A stretch of 63,785 nucleotides of DNA, the filler included, from Phoronis australis (lineage: Eukaryota; Animalia; Phoronida): NCBI GenBank assembly GCA_002633005.1. It is 5 parts of 5 records of this genome, joined end to end, with 100 filler letters (N's around TTAATTAATTAA, not from the genome) between each part and the next. Parts side by side here need not be neighbours in the genome. Positions count along the whole stretch, not along the records: positions 41,385 to 63,785 come from NMRA01001392.1; 4 more parts are not named here. One strand, given 5' to 3'. Below are positions 62,459 to 63,785 of this stretch, piece by piece. The notes beneath the pieces were generated by a model that did not search any database, was not told the DNA's origin, and saw nothing but the letters and a program-made list of their open reading frames with translations. Every line of letters begins with the position of its first letter. Positions within the stretch are counted from its first letter, which is position 1. Position numbers and translations under genes: made by a program.

Positions 62459-63785
62459 GTAAGTATAATTAAATGTTAAACAAAGTATTGTGTCACAAAA
62501 TAACCTTTAATGTAACTTTTGTAAGCCTTATGCCTACCTACCATAGTAAATGTGCCTCTTTCGTACTATGTTCTGGCTTGAGAAGAACGGATGGTGCTCG
62601 GCTTGATCCAGGTATTTTTGGCACCAAGCAATATCGAATGAACTTTCAGATATTTGCAAGCATGGAAATCCCTATGTAATCTGAATGAAAGTTCTGTCCC
62701 AACATCCTCATTTTCACTATATTATCTAAGTCCATTTTAAAATCTTGATGAAATGGGTTGGAGACGGGGTGATAAAACGTGCCTAGTTAGGAACCCAATT
62801 CTAACTAATTCATAACAGATAGTGGACTAAATGAAAAATTACTTATTAGTTAGAAGTCCTGTTTACAAGAGCTATAATATTTCATGTTAAGAAATAGTGA
62901 CGAGATCAAAGGTAGACGGGGGCTCAACAGGCAGAAAAAAGTCAATTTAAATTCGTTCGTCACTGCTGGATGTAAAAAGTCTGAGCTGGCGTGTCTGGAT
63001 CCCTTCTGGGCCCAGGGCTGTTTGCATGTGACTTCGTTACAATGTGCTCAGTGTAGTGTTTGCATAGCACTTGCTATTTATAGTGATATACACTCCTGAC
63101 TTACAACTATGTGCATAACCAATTCAAGGTCACTCATGTTGGATAACAGACAGCTGTTTTTAAGTGCTTGGCTGTTCTCTGTTTTTATGCACCTATCCCT
63201 TTGCAGGATTGTTGTAAAGTTTGGTTAGTGTATTCCTATTTCTTTTGGGCAAATTTTGGCTACAGCTGTGTCTCCTGGTCGTGGTAATTTTGTCGGTGTA
63301 TTTGGAGATCCTTGCCATATAAATTTTATGAAATACTGGTAAATTGTTTCATAGGGAAATGATGACGCCTTTCCATTTTCTTTTGGGTTCAGTGTATTTT
63401 GCACCAGCTGTTGGCCATTTTTATAGGACTAATAAACACCCCTAGAAGCATACCATTTGCGGTGTAATTACTGTTGCATTTCAATGGTTTCACTGCTTTA
63501 ATGCATTGCATTTTTTCTGTGTTTGGTACCCTGGTCACTTTCATTGAGGAAGAGACGTCTCAGTGAAAAAATTGTGAACTCACATAAAACCTCTTGGTTA
63601 TATCTAGTGCTTGATCCATTAGACCTAACATGTTCCATGGTGAAAGCCATTTTTTATCTGTTTATATTTTGAGCTATTTTTGATTACTGTTGACTTCTCT
63701 TTTATTGGCTGACTTCAGCTGCACTTTTGTTGTTTTTTCATGTAGTATACAAGGCTATATTTCTCTGTAGTCATCATTGTTATGT

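Overview
Eukaryotic, AT-rich draft-genome sequence with spliced genes and many repeats. It is probably from a marine invertebrate animal, which is an inference from its gene and transposon content. Four identical 100-bp artificial linkers (44 N + TTAATTAATTAA + 44 N) join five segments whose true adjacency is unknown: 1-8896, 8997-23009, 23110-27309, 27410-41284 and 41385-63785. Single n characters inside the segments behave like gaps of unknown size. Recognisable host genes: a class A GPCR with its coding region in one exon, two VPS13A/C-like exons, an intact LRAT/PLAAT (NlpC/P60) gene, the first coding exon of OGDH, two RABEP1 (rabaptin) exons and the first two coding exons of an SLC15/POT peptide transporter. 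The rest is mostly decayed transposable elements: BEL/Pao pol, two LINE fragments, a probable Kolobok remnant (THAP plus KolX-like), a possible Academ-type transposase piece, Helentron-associated (HINE-like) elements, hAT, Tc1/pogo and Harbinger-type MITEs including a three-layer nest, a tRNA-derived SINE head and a degenerate hammerhead ribozyme. I see no CRISPR array or prokaryotic system and cannot support a wholly new biological system. The best leads are the LRAT/PLAAT protein whose membrane anchor seems to have moved into an internal loop, the Kolobok-like two-gene remnant, the isolated VPS13 exons and an unexplained dispersed motif array. All family assignments come from motif recognition by eye, not from database searches.
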